Assembly (NCBI GenBank): GCA_038212275.1 | Contig: JBBQUR010000003.1 | Span: 219,550-283,549 of the forward strand | From: Planctomycetota bacterium | GTDB taxonomy: Bacteria > Planctomycetota > B15-G4 | DNA: 64,000 bases | Direction of reading: 5' to 3' | Part shown: piece after piece, positions 36,453 through 47,679 of the stretch | Position numbering within the stretch: position 1 is the first letter of the stretch | How the letters are laid out: every line of letters begins with the position of its first letter | Program-made: the position numbers and the translations under genes | The notes under the pieces: generated by a model | Told to the model about the DNA's origin: nothing | The model's input: only the letters and a program-made list of their open reading frames with translations | Database searches by the model: none

Positions 36453-39169
36453 AGGCGGAACGGAGCCCCGATGACCCACACGTCGCCGCTCACCGGGTCG
36501 AGCAGCAGGGGCTGCACCGTGCCGGTGCTGAACGGCAGCTTGGAGACCGGGACGAAGGACTCGCCGTTCGGGCCGGGGGTCACGCGGAAGGCGCCGGACA
36601 GTCCGTGCTCCGTCTCGGCCAGGTCGAGCGCGAGCATGCGCGCATCACGGTCGGAGATCGGCGCCGGAAACGGATGCTCCGCATGGGGCAGCGCGACGAC
36701 CATGCCGGCCGGTGCGGTGACCTTCAGCGCCTTGCCGACGAGGGGTGAGTCGGCCCACGCGAGGGTCGGCGCGGGCGGGGGTGCCGCCGTGTCCAGCCAC
36801 GGCAGCAGGCGCATCCACGCCATCACGTAGCCAAGGCCCGCGAGCGTCTGCGACGAAACGCCGATGACGTACTTCTCCGGGAGCGCGTACTGACGCGCGA
36901 TCGCGGCGTCGAGTCCGAACAGGTAGCCCCACGGTTGGCGCAGCGAACTCTCCGTCACGTCGCGCATGAGGCCGAGGCCGGCCAGTATCTGCGGTCGCAG
37001 CGCGGCGCCGGCCACGCGGTAGGCGGCCATCTGCGCGTCGATGGGCGAGGTGGGCGGGCCTCCGAAGGTGTCGCCGACGTCGCCGTGCCAGTACTCGGCC
37101 GGATGCTCGCGGCAGTCGCCCTGATAGGTGCCCTTGAAGCAGATGCAGACCATCTCCCAGTTCTTGAAGAAGCTCTCCGTGAACTGCGAGTTGGTCAGCT
37201 GCCGACCCTGCAGATCGTTGCGCGCCAGTTCGAGCAGCGCATCGCGGTACAGCGGCAGGCCCGACGTGGCCGGGTTGAGCGACGGCGGCAGTTCGTAGAG
37301 CTCCAGCACGCCGAGCAGTGCGCGCGAGCTGTCACCGGCGCACGCGGTGCCGAGGCGTACGGCCTGCACCCACAGAGTGTCGTCCGCGCGGGCGGCGTCG
37401 CGGGCGAGCCGGTGGTCGGTGGCCTCCTGCACCTTGGCCAGCGCGTCGGGCAGGTTGCCGCCGCTGTGCTTGAGCGTTTCGAGCAGGTCGTCGCTGAGGT
37501 AGCCGTAGTGATCGTCCGTGTCGTTCTCGAGGTCGTAGCGCGCCGCGTCCCAGTTGCGGTGATAGAGGCCGATGGCGCGGTGCAGCGCGGCGAGGTCGCC
37601 CGGGCGCGGATCGAGCTGGGCCACGCGCGCGATCGCGCGCGGCGAACGCATGAGCTCGTACCAGAAGCTGCGCCCGCTGAGGATGGCCCAGCTGGTGTAG
37701 AAGCGCTTGTCGGTTTCTATCTCGCCCGTGGGCGTGAGCCGGTCCGGAATGTGCCCGAACCAGTTGCGCGTGTCGCCGACGAAGTGCCCCAGTGCCGGGT
37801 CGAAGTCCGGCGTCTTCGGGGCCGACTCGGCGGGAAGATCGTGCTCCTTCTGCAGGGCGACCAGCGTGTCGGCGATGCGCCGCGACTGCGCGAGGCACGC
37901 GGCGCGCAGCGCCTCGTCGGTAAGCAGTTCGCGCGCATCGAGCAGGAAGTCCACGTAGGCGCCGACGGTCATCGCGGCGTCGTTGTTCGGCGCGAGCGTC
38001 GTTCGCGTCACCGTGCGCGGCAGGCCGGTGTCCGGGTCGAAGTTGTTCGCCAGCAGCGTGGTCGTGATGCGCTGCAGCTCCGGCGTCCAGCGCGCGATCT
38101 CGTCCGTGAGGCCTCGGCGGTGCGCCTCGCGCAGCCACGCGATGAGCAGCGTGTGGATCGAGTGGAAGCTGGCGGTCTGCGCCGGCTTGAAGTTGTCGCC
38201 GGTCCGCACGTCGTAGCTTGCCGCCGTGACGTAGCCGCTGTCGGGGTCCACGAGCTGCAGGCCGCCCTTGTCCCGCGGCAGGTACCAGGTGTCGAGCGTC
38301 CAGCGCACGAGGGCTTCGATGTCGCTCGCCAGGGCCGGTGCTTCCAGTTCGGGCCAGCGCACCGCGACGGAGACCTCGTCCACGTCCGCCAGCGCGCCGC
38401 CGTTGCCCTGGCACCGCAGGTGCAGATTGAGGCGTGGCACCGGCGCGCTGCCGTGCTCCGCGACGAAGCGAGCGCCCAGGTCCAGTTCCACGCGCCACCA
38501 GGACGGGTTGCCGTCTTCGCCGGTCGGGTACTCCTGCGCCAGCAGGGGTGTCACCGGATGACCCTCGGTGTCGGTGACCGTCAGGCCGTCGGTGGAGCGC
38601 ACGAGCAGCGTGGTGCTCCGGCCGGGACCGTCCTCCAGCGTGACGGCCAGCACGCCGCTGCGCGCGGTCCGCACGGCAAGCGCCACGGTGAGGTGCGCCG
38701 TGCCACGCGGATCGGCGACGATCTTCTGCACCACCTCGCCGGTCACGTAGGCGAGACGCAGGAATCGCTCGCCGCGGAAGGGGCGGTCCTCGACGATGAG
38801 GCACTCGGAGTCACCGGGCGTCGTGCTGAAGGCGCCGACCCAGTACGCGCCGTACTTGGGCGGATCCGTGGTGTCGTCGGCAATCCATTCGAAGCCGCCG
38901 TTGAGCACGCCGTCGACGAGCAGCATCGGCGGTTCGGCCGCGACGCCGGGCGCTGCGGAGACCATCGCCCCGTCACGCGGCTCGTGTGCGCCGAGCGCAT
39001 CGGCAGAGTCGTCGGCAGCCGAAGGCGGAGCGGGCGGCGCGGGCACGGAGTCCTGCGGCGGCCGTGCCTCGGAAGCGCAGGCCAGGAGCGCCACGCACGT
39101 CAGCGGCCGGAGAAGTGCAGCGAATCTCGCGCACGGTGCGCCGGACCGGGAGTGCCGCCACTGAGTCAT
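36443..39169 (-). CDS. Large hypothetical lipoprotein (~908 aa)
   Basis: ALLAC lipobox, LNGGFE jelly-roll-like N-domain, aromatic/acidic helical core; GC3-biased codons; TACAGT -10 upstream. Confidence 0.75.
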   Translation of the reverse strand: MTQWRHSRSGAPCARFAALLRPLTCVALLACASEARPPQDSVPAPPAPPSAADDSADALGAHEPRDGAMVSAAPGVAAEPPMLLVDGVLNGGFEWIADDTTDPPKYGAYWVGAFSTTPGDSECLIVEDRPFRGERFLRLAYVTGEVVQKIVADPRGTAHLTVALAVRTARSGVLAVTLEDGPGRSTTLLVRSTDGLTVTDTEGHPVTPLLAQEYPTGEDGNPSWWRVELDLGARFVAEHGSAPVPRLNLHLRCQGNGGALADVDEVSVAVRWPELEAPALASDIEALVRWTLDTWYLPRDKGGLQLVDPDSGYVTAASYDVRTGDNFKPAQTASFHSIHTLLIAWLREAHRRGLTDEIARWTPELQRITTTLLANNFDPDTGLPRTVTRTTLAPNNDAAMTVGAYVDFLLDARELLTDEALRAACLAQSRRIADTLVALQKEHDLPAESAPKTPDFDPALGHFVGDTRNWFGHIPDRLTPTGEIETDKRFYTSWAILSGRSFWYELMRSPRAIARVAQLDPRPGDLAALHRAIGLYHRNWDAARYDLENDTDDHYGYLSDDLLETLKHSGGNLPDALAKVQEATDHRLARDAARADDTLWVQAVRLGTACAGDSSRALLGVLELYELPPSLNPATSGLPLYRDALLELARNDLQGRQLTNSQFTESFFKNWEMVCICFKGTYQGDCREHPAEYWHGDVGDTFGGPPTSPIDAQMAAYRVAGAALRPQILAGLGLMRDVTESSLRQPWGYLFGLDAAIARQYALPEKYVIGVSSQTLAGLGYVMAWMRLLPWLDTAAPPPAPTLAWADSPLVGKALKVTAPAGMVVALPHAEHPFPAPISDRDARMLALDLAETEHGLSGAFRVTPGPNGESFVPVSKLPFSTGTVQPLLLDPVSGDVWVIGAPFRLDG

Positions 39170-39553
39170 TCCACGTCTCCGCGCGGCCGCACGGAAGCAT
39201 CGGGCCGCGAGGCGATCACTGTAATGCCCGCCCACGCGAACGAGTAGCCGCGGATGCCAAGGCGAGGACCGCCTCGGTGGTGGCGCTCTTCGTCGGGAAT
39301 GACTCGAGGGATCCGAGCGCATGGCGTTCCAGCCCGTCACCTCGGCGCGAAGTTCCCGGCGCACCGGCGGCTCGACGTCGCATCGGAGCGCGCCTGTCCG
39401 TATCGCGCATTCGCGGCCCGCGCCACGACTTCCTGTTGTGCGATGCGGGGCCGGACGGCGAGACTCCTTCGATGCCCTCTTCGCGCCCCCCAGCCGCCGC
39501 GCCGATCGCCAGAGGGCCGCTCCGGACCTGTGGCCGCCAGGATGCCGGGCGCC

Positions 39554-41896
39554 ATGGCTGCTGACGGCGCGCCGGGTCTCCGCCGCGTGGGCGTGTCCAC
39601 GGCGCTTTTCGCGCTGCTGCCGCTGGCCGTGCTGGCGCTGGTCGCCACACGCATGGCCGGAGCACCCACGGTCTCGTTCAGCATGCCGTGGGTCCCGCAG
39701 CTCGGCGTGGATCTCGCCTTTCGCCTGGACGGCCTCGCGACGCTCATGCTCGCCCTCGTCGGCGGCATCGGCCTCGGCGTCTTCGTCTACGCGGGCGGCT
39801 ACTTCGCAGGCGATCTGCGGCGCACGCGCCTGCTCGTGCTGCTCTCGCTCTTCCTCGTCGCGATGGTCGGCTGCGTCACGGCCGACAATCTGCTGCTGCT
39901 GTTCCTCTTCTGGGAGCTGACCAGCCTGCTGTCCTTCCAGCTCGTCGGCTTCCACCGCGAGCAGGCCTCCGCGCGCGGCGCGGCGCGGCAGGCGCTGCTC
40001 GTCACCGGCGGGGGCGGCCTGTGCCTTCTCGTGGGCGTGCTGCTGCTCGGCAGGATGGCCGGCACTTACTCGATGTCGACGATCATCGAGCGCGGGCCCG
40101 GCCTGCTGGACCATCCGCTGCTGCCCTTCGCGCTGGGCGCGGTGTTCATCGGCTGCGCCACCAAGTCGGCGCAGTTCCCCTTCCATTTCTGGCTGCCCAA
40201 CGCGATGTCGGCGCCGACGCCGGTCTCGGCATACCTGCACTCCGCCACGATGGTGAAGCTGGGCATCTACCTGCTGGCACGCCTCGATCCCGCCTTCGGC
40301 GACTGGCCGGGCTGGGAACTGACGCTCGTGCCGCTCGGCTCGCTCACCGCGACCTGGGCGATGGTGCTCGCGCTGCGCGAACGCGACCTCAAGCGCATCC
40401 TCGCGTGGTCCACCGTCGGTTCGCTGGGAACGCTCGTGCTGCTCATCGGCCTTCCTGGCGATGGCGCGGCCGTCGCGGTCGCGTGCTTCCTGCTGGCGCA
40501 CGCCCTCTACAAGGCGCCCCTGTTCTTCGTCGCGGGCAACGTGGACCACGGCACCGGCACGCGTGTCATCGACCGCCTCGGCATGCTGCGCCGGCAGATG
40601 CCGTTCACGGCGCTCGCCGCGGCGCTGGCCGGCGTGTCGATGGCAGGGCTGCCGCTGTCCTTCGGCTTCCTCGCGAAGGCCGCGATGAAGAGCGCGAAAC
40701 TGGAGGCGGAGACGCACGCCATCCTGCTGGCCGTGGCGCAGTCGAGCGTCTTCGTCGGCGCGGTGGGCGTTGCGGTTGCGGCCGTGGCGGCCGTGCGCAT
40801 CTTCTGGCGGCATCCGGGCGTCAACGAGACTCCCGTCGCGCACGAGGTCGGTCCGGCGATGTTCGTGCCGCCGGTGCTCATCGCGGGCTTCGGCATGCTC
40901 TGCGGCGTGTGGCCGCAGCTCGTCGAGCCGCTGCTTACGGCGGCGGCGGTGGACATGACGCCCGGCCCGCACGGTCCCGTCGTGCAGCTCGGCATCGCAT
41001 GGTCCGCCGTGTGGGCCACCATCGCGGTCACGCTCATCGCGGGCATCGCGGTGTTCGCGAATTGGGACCGGCTGCACGCACTGCTCGGTCGGGTCACCCT
41101 GCTCGAACGCCTCGACCTGGCCCGCGGCTTCGAGTCGCTGCTCAAGGCGTTGCCGGAGGGCGCCGCGCGCCTCACGCGCAGGCTGCAGCACGGGCGCCTG
41201 CCGGGATACTTCGCGCTCCTCTTCGGCGCGGCCGTGATCGCGCTCGGTGCGCTGGGCGTGCTGGCGGGGCTGCCGTCCCTGCCGCCGTGGGAGACGCCCG
41301 ACCTCGTGACCGTGGGCGCGGCGCTCACTCTCTGCACGGGCGCCGTGCTCGCCTGCTTCGTCGGCGAGCGGCTGCCGCTGCTGCTCGCGAGCGGCCTCGT
41401 CGGCTACGGCAGTGCGCTGCTCTTCCTGTTCGCGGGGGCGCCGGACCTCGCCTTCACGCAGTTCGCGGTCGAAACCGTGTTCGTGATCGTGGCCGCCTCG
41501 CTGCTGTTGAAGCTGCGCCGGTTGCACTCGGCCGTCGGCCTGCCCGGAAGACGACTGCGCCCCGTGGCGCTGCTGCTCGCGCTGGGCTTCGGCACGCTGA
41601 TGGCCACGCTGCTGCTCGCCGTGAATGCCGTGCCGCTCGATCCGGCGCTGGCCGACTGGTTCAACGCGCATGCGCTGGCCGATGCGCACGGCCTCAACGT
41701 CGTGAACGTGATCATCGTGGACTTCCGCGGGCTCGACACGCTGGGTGAGATCTCCGTCGTGATCTTCTCGCTGCTCGCGGCCTGGCCGCTGCTGGCGGCG
41801 CTGCGCACGTGCGTCCGGGCGGGCTCGCCTGCCGTCGCAGCCGCACAGCCGTCGGCGCGCGCGACGGATCGGTCCGGCGGGGGAGCACCGCGATGA
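39554..41896 (+). CDS. mrpA: Mrp Na+/H+ antiporter subunit A (MnhA/MbhE-like)
   Basis: FWELTS, TKSAQFPFHFWLPNAMSAPTPVSAYLHSATMVK, APDLAFTQ, NVVNVIIVDFRGLDTLGE. Confidence 0.95.
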   Translation: MAADGAPGLRRVGVSTALFALLPLAVLALVATRMAGAPTVSFSMPWVPQLGVDLAFRLDGLATLMLALVGGIGLGVFVYAGGYFAGDLRRTRLLVLLSLFLVAMVGCVTADNLLLLFLFWELTSLLSFQLVGFHREQASARGAARQALLVTGGGGLCLLVGVLLLGRMAGTYSMSTIIERGPGLLDHPLLPFALGAVFIGCATKSAQFPFHFWLPNAMSAPTPVSAYLHSATMVKLGIYLLARLDPAFGDWPGWELTLVPLGSLTATWAMVLALRERDLKRILAWSTVGSLGTLVLLIGLPGDGAAVAVACFLLAHALYKAPLFFVAGNVDHGTGTRVIDRLGMLRRQMPFTALAAALAGVSMAGLPLSFGFLAKAAMKSAKLEAETHAILLAVAQSSVFVGAVGVAVAAVAAVRIFWRHPGVNETPVAHEVGPAMFVPPVLIAGFGMLCGVWPQLVEPLLTAAAVDMTPGPHGPVVQLGIAWSAVWATIAVTLIAGIAVFANWDRLHALLGRVTLLERLDLARGFESLLKALPEGAARLTRRLQHGRLPGYFALLFGAAVIALGALGVLAGLPSLPPWETPDLVTVGAALTLCTGAVLACFVGERLPLLLASGLVGYGSALLFLFAGAPDLAFTQFAVETVFVIVAASLLLKLRRLHSAVGLPGRRLRPVALLLALGFGTLMATLLLAVNAVPLDPALADWFNAHALADAHGLNVVNVIIVDFRGLDTLGEISVVIFSLLAAWPLLAALRTCVRAGSPAVAAAQPSARATDRSGGGAPR

Positions 41897-42336
41897 ACGC
41901 CCGGCGCAGCGTCATGTTCACGAGCTTCGTGCGCGGCCTCTACCTTCCCGTGCTGGTCGCGTCGCTGTGGATTCTCTTCCGCGGGCACAATGCGCCGGGC
42001 GGCGGTTTCATCGGCGGGCTGGTCGCGCTCGTCGCATCCGTGATCTGGGCGCTGGCCTTCGGGACCGAGGCCGCGATCCGGCGCATGCCGTTCGGACAAC
42101 CCGTCCGCTGCGCGCTGTGCGGCGTGCTGCTGAGCCTGGCCAGCGGAGTGCCGGCGCTCCTGCGTGGCGAGGCCTTTCTCACGCATGCGTGGTTCGAGCT
42201 GCCGCTCGGCTTCGCGATGCTGCCCGTCTCCACGGTGATGGCCTTCGACGCGGGCGTGTACCTCTGCGTCTGGGGTGCGCTCGGCGGCTATGCCCTCGCG
42301 CTCATCGGCATCGACGAGGCTGAGGCCTCCGCATGA
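41893..42336 (+). CDS. mrpB: Mrp antiporter subunit B
   Basis: FRGHNAPGGGFIGGL, FDAGVY. Confidence 0.93.
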   Translation: MNARRSVMFTSFVRGLYLPVLVASLWILFRGHNAPGGGFIGGLVALVASVIWALAFGTEAAIRRMPFGQPVRCALCGVLLSLASGVPALLRGEAFLTHAWFELPLGFAMLPVSTVMAFDAGVYLCVWGALGGYALALIGIDEAEASA

Positions 42337-42742
42337 TCTGGGCCGTCGCCATCGCGGTCGGCGTCGTCTCGGCGGCGGGCGTCTATCTGGCGCTCTCGCG
42401 CGACCTGTTCCGCTGCATCGTCGGCGTGTCGATCCTCGGCGCGGCGGCAGGGCTGCTCGTGTTCGCGGCGGGGCGCCTCGCAAGCCGCACGCCGCCGATC
42501 CTCATCCCCGGGCCTCCCGGAAGCCTGCGGCCCGACGGGGCGCTGCAGGCCGTGGGGCAGGACGCGCTCGGGCTCGCGGCCAATCCGCTGCCGCAGGCGC
42601 TGGTGCTCACGGCCATCGTCATCGGCTTCGCGCTCACCTGCTTCTCGCTCGTGCTGGTGGTCAGGATCGTGCAGAAGCTGGGCGCCGACGAGGCGCGCGA
42701 CCTGCGGCTCTCCGAGGCCGAAGACGGAGGCGACGGCGCGCC

Positions 42743-42746
<4 letters not shown>
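42333..42746 (+). CDS. mrpC: Mrp antiporter subunit C
   Basis: ANPLPQALVLTAIVIGF. Confidence 0.93.
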
Positions 42747-44188
<1,442 letters not shown>

Positions 44189-44189
44189 C

Positions 44190-44534
44190 GTGCCGGGCAA
44201 GCTGATCGCCGCGCTGGTGCTCGTGCTGCGCTTCGCGTGGTCGGTGTTCGTGTCCGGCATGCAGACCATGAGCGTGATCCTGCGCTGGCGCAGCCGGCCG
44301 CAGCCCGGTTTCATGCGCTACCGCTTCGCTCCGATGAGCGCGCACGGCGCCGCGCTGCTGGGCAGCCTCATCACGCTCACGCCCGGCTCGACGACCATCG
44401 ACGTGGACCTCGAGCGCCGCGAACTGCTGCTGCACCTGCTGGACGCTTCCGATCCCCGGGCGACGGCGCGCTCCATCCGCGCGGACCTCGAGCGCTGGAT
44501 CGTGGTCCTCTGCGCCGAGAGGCCGGTCCGATGA
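44190..44534 (+). CDS. mrpE: Mrp antiporter subunit E
   Basis: SLITLTPGSTTIDVD, LLLHLLD. Confidence 0.9.
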   Translation: MPGKLIAALVLVLRFAWSVFVSGMQTMSVILRWRSRPQPGFMRYRFAPMSAHGAALLGSLITLTPGSTTIDVDLERRELLLHLLDASDPRATARSIRADLERWIVVLCAERPVR

Positions 44535-44836
44535 CGGCGCCATCGGCACTGCCGCCGCTGCTGACGCTGCTGGTCGGCTGCGCCCTCGTCGCGGTGGCGC
44601 TGGCCGTGGTGCGCCTCGTGCGCGGGCCCACGCAGGCCGATCGCGTCATCGCGCAGGACGTGCTCTTCGCGGTGGGCGTCGCGATGTGCGTCGCTGCCGC
44701 GCTCGTCACGCGGAGCACGGCCTTCCTGGACGTGGCGCTCGGACTCGCGATCACCGGCTTCCTCGCCGGCATCGGCTGGGCGCGGCTGATCATCCGCGCG
44801 CCGAGCGACGAGAACCCGCCGGACGCTCCGCGATGA
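44531..44836 (+). CDS. mrpF: Mrp antiporter subunit F
   Basis: RLVRGPTQADRVIAQD, FLDVAL. Confidence 0.9.
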   Translation: MTAPSALPPLLTLLVGCALVAVALAVVRLVRGPTQADRVIAQDVLFAVGVAMCVAAALVTRSTAFLDVALGLAITGFLAGIGWARLIIRAPSDENPPDAPR

Positions 44837-45240
44837 ACCACGCTCTCGAACTTGCCGGTCAGGCGGCGCTTGCGGCGGGCGCGCTGCTGCTCGTCGTCGC
44901 GGCCGCCGGTCTGCACCTGCTGCCCGATGCGCTGTCCCGCCAGCATGCGGGCACCAAGGCCGTGACCCTCGCACTCGGGCTGATCTGCGTCGGGGCGGCG
45001 CTCATGAGCCAGGACACCGCCTGGACGCTGCGCCTCTGCCTGCTGCTGATCCTGCTCGGTGTCACGCTGCCCATCTCATCGCACATGCTCGCCCGCGCCG
45101 CGGTGCGCGAGCAGTCGCTGCAGGAGGTTGCCGCGCGCGCGCCCGTCATCGAGCCCGACGGCGAGCCAGGCAGCAGAGCCGGCGACGGGCGCGACGATCA
45201 GCGCGCGGACGGCGGCCGCACGCGGGACGGCTCCGCGTAG
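44833..45240 (+). CDS. mrpG: Mrp antiporter subunit G
   Basis: LPDALSRQHAGTK, PISSHMLARAA. Confidence 0.9.
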   Translation: MNHALELAGQAALAAGALLLVVAAAGLHLLPDALSRQHAGTKAVTLALGLICVGAALMSQDTAWTLRLCLLLILLGVTLPISSHMLARAAVREQSLQEVAARAPVIEPDGEPGSRAGDGRDDQRADGGRTRDGSA

Positions 45241-45470
45241 GTGAACAGTTCGGTCAGCGCGTGCTTCGTGCCGGTGGCCCGCTGCAGCGCACGCCGCAGC
45301 TTGTCCTGCATGTGCGGCGTCAGCCAGCGGCCGGACAGCGCCCGTGCGACGGCCTTGTGCGTGAGCTGGTCTTCCGAGGCAGCCACGAGGTCGGTCGCCT
45401 TCAGGCCGCGCTCCTGCATGATCGCCGCAAGGGGTTGCGGGCCGAGGTTGCGGTCGAGGCGGGAGCTCAT
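45198..45470 (-). CDS. Small hypothetical HTH-like protein
   Basis: RNLGPQPL..IM..GL...DLV.AS..QLTHKAVARA..GR.LT resembles an XRE-like fold; GC3 bias. Confidence 0.6.
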   Translation of the reverse strand: MSSRLDRNLGPQPLAAIMQERGLKATDLVAASEDQLTHKAVARALSGRWLTPHMQDKLRRALQRATGTKHALTELFTYAEPSRVRPPSAR

Positions 45471-45497
45471 GAGTCCGTGATAGCATTCCGCCCCCGC

Positions 45498-45911
45498 ATG
45501 CGACATCCACGCAAGCTCTCCGTCGACCGAGGCGAGCCGCTGGCGCCGGCGGTGCACGGCCGCCATTGCCCGGCCTGCGGACGCGCGAAAAGCGCCTGCG
45601 AGTGCCGGCCCGGTCCCGCGCGCGCTCAACCCGCGCGCGCTCAAGCGGTGAAGCCCGGGGCGCCGCCCGCCGACGGCATCGTGCGCGTCGCCCGCCAGAC
45701 CAAGGGCCGCGCCGGCAAGGGCGTCACGCTGGTGACGGGCCTCTCGCTCGCTCCCGCGCAGCTCAGCGCGCTGGGCAAGGATCTCAAGCAGCGTTGCGGT
45801 GCCGGCGGCACGGCCCGGGACGGCGTGATCGAGATTCAAGGCGACCACCGCGAGGTCGTGCTCGCCGAATTGCTGACGCGCGGCTACGCGGCCAAGCTCG
45901 CGGGCGGATAG
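45498..45911 (+). CDS. yciH: SUI1/YciH translation initiation factor family
   Basis: CPAC....C.C, GRAGKGVTLV, LKQRCGAGG, IEIQGDHR. Confidence 0.9.
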   Translation: MRHPRKLSVDRGEPLAPAVHGRHCPACGRAKSACECRPGPARAQPARAQAVKPGAPPADGIVRVARQTKGRAGKGVTLVTGLSLAPAQLSALGKDLKQRCGAGGTARDGVIEIQGDHREVVLAELLTRGYAAKLAGG

Positions 45912-45949
45912 AGCTTGCCCGGCTCCGCCGGCTGCTAGAATCCGCCCCC

Positions 45950-46789
45950 GTGAAGGAATACCTGCAACTCGTCCGGCACGTGCTCGAGCACGGAGTCCGC
46001 AAGCCCTCGCGCACCGGCGTCGACACGATCTCGTGCTTCGCGGCGCACTATCAGGTGGATCTCGCGGCGGGCTTCCCGCTCATCACCACCAAGAAGATGC
46101 AGTGGAGCTCCATCCTGCGCGAGCTGCTCTGGTACCTCTCGGGTGAGGACCACATCCGCAATCTGCGCCAGCACACCAAGATCTGGGATGCATGGGCCGA
46201 CGACGAAGGGCGCCTCGAGACCGCCTACGGACACTACTGGCGCCGCTTTCCCAGCGCGACGCGCGACAGGCAGGGCCAGTGGCACGTCAAGGAGATCGAC
46301 CAGATCGCCAACGTGCTCAACGCGCTGCACACGGACCCCAGCAGCCGGCGCATGGTGGTCTCCGCGTGGGAGCCGGGCAACGCCTGGGGGTCGCGCCTGC
46401 CACCGTGCCACTACACCTTCGTCTTCCAGGTGCTCGACGGGCGCCTGAACTGCCACCTCAACCAGCGCAGTGGCGACGTCGCCCTGGGCATCCCGTTCAA
46501 CCTCGCGGCCTACGCGACGCTGACTCAGATGCTCGCGCAGGACGCCGGCCTTGGCCTGGGCATCTTCAGCCACACGATCGTGGACGCGCACATCTACACC
46601 TCGCGCGCCGACGGCAGCATGGCCGAGTACGACCACGTCGGCGGCCTGCTGCAGCAGCTGGAGCGCGAGCCGCTGCCGCTGAGCAGGCTCGTCATCGCGC
46701 GCAAGCCCTTCGACGAGCTGCGTTACGAGGACTTCGAGCTGAAGGACTACGTCTGCCACGACCCGATCCGCTTCAAGGTCGCGGTGTGA
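45950..46789 (+). CDS. thyA: Thymidylate synthase
   Basis: RTG, FPLITTKK, ELLW, SRR, LPPCH, QRSGDV.LGIPFN, DAHIY. Confidence 0.96.
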   Translation: MKEYLQLVRHVLEHGVRKPSRTGVDTISCFAAHYQVDLAAGFPLITTKKMQWSSILRELLWYLSGEDHIRNLRQHTKIWDAWADDEGRLETAYGHYWRRFPSATRDRQGQWHVKEIDQIANVLNALHTDPSSRRMVVSAWEPGNAWGSRLPPCHYTFVFQVLDGRLNCHLNQRSGDVALGIPFNLAAYATLTQMLAQDAGLGLGIFSHTIVDAHIYTSRADGSMAEYDHVGGLLQQLEREPLPLSRLVIARKPFDELRYEDFELKDYVCHDPIRFKVAV

Positions 46790-47367
46790 GGGGCGAGCCG
46801 GTGCGAGCGCCGCCGGCTCCGGGCAGCTCGTCCACGGCGATCATCATCGCCATGACGCGCAGCGGCCTCATGGGGCGCGACAACGCGCTGCCGTGGCACT
46901 GGCCCGAGGATCTGGCTCACTTCAAGCGCACGACGCGCGGCCACGCCGTCGTGATGGGGCGGCGCACCTTCGACAGCCTGCGCGACAACTTCGGCGGGCC
47001 GCTGCCCAACCGCGTCAATGTCGTCGTCTCGCGCGAGCAGGGCGGGCCGGCGCCCGACGGCGTGGCGCACGACGGCGCGCAGTGGTTCGCCTCGCTGCCC
47101 GACGCGCTGGCGTTCGCCGCGCGCAGCCAGCCCGGCGAGACCTTCCTGCTGGGCGGCGCGGAGATCTTCCGACTCGCGCTGGAGACGCTCGCGCCGCCGC
47201 CGGCGCGCCTCATCGTGACCTGGGTGCCCGAGCTGCCGTCGCTGCCGGGCGACACCTTCTTCCCGTTCACGCCGCCCGAGGCGTGGATCGACGCGCGCTA
47301 CGGCGCCGCGCAGCGCTGGCCCGACAGCACCGGCCAGCTGGAGTTCGTGGTGTACGAGCTGCGCTGA
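46786..47367 (+). CDS. folA: Dihydrofolate reductase
   Basis: MGRDNALPWHWPEDLAHFK, VMGRRTF, PLPNRVNVVVSR, GGAEIF, GDTFFP. Confidence 0.92.
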   Translation: MRGEPVRAPPAPGSSSTAIIIAMTRSGLMGRDNALPWHWPEDLAHFKRTTRGHAVVMGRRTFDSLRDNFGGPLPNRVNVVVSREQGGPAPDGVAHDGAQWFASLPDALAFAARSQPGETFLLGGAEIFRLALETLAPPPARLIVTWVPELPSLPGDTFFPFTPPEAWIDARYGAAQRWPDSTGQLEFVVYELR

Positions 47368-47557
47368 CGCGCGGCGGCGCCGAGCCGACGTGCCTCGCCA
47401 TGCCGTCGGGCCGTTTTGCCCGAGCCGGGTGCGGCCCGTCCACGAACCAGCCACGGTGGATGGATCGTGCACAGGTTGGGTACGCCGAGGCAGGCGCAGC
47501 GCCCGGGATGCGCGCGGCGAGGCGCGCGGAGCGGCCTGCGACGGGGCGCATGGCTTC

Positions 47558-47573
47558 TGGCACGCGACTTGCA
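47558..47573 (+). promoter_or_regulatory. Sigma54 -24/-12 promoter
   Basis: TGGCAC-GCGAC-TTGCA, exact consensus, ~107 bp upstream of ATG 47680. Confidence 0.8.
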
Positions 47574-47679
47574 CTTCCGGTGCGGAGCTGTCGCCAGGAA
47601 GCGCGACGGCCCGGTGAGCGCACCGCGCGACCGGAGCACTTCCCTCAATCATTCAGTCCACGACCATCGGAGCTTCGTC

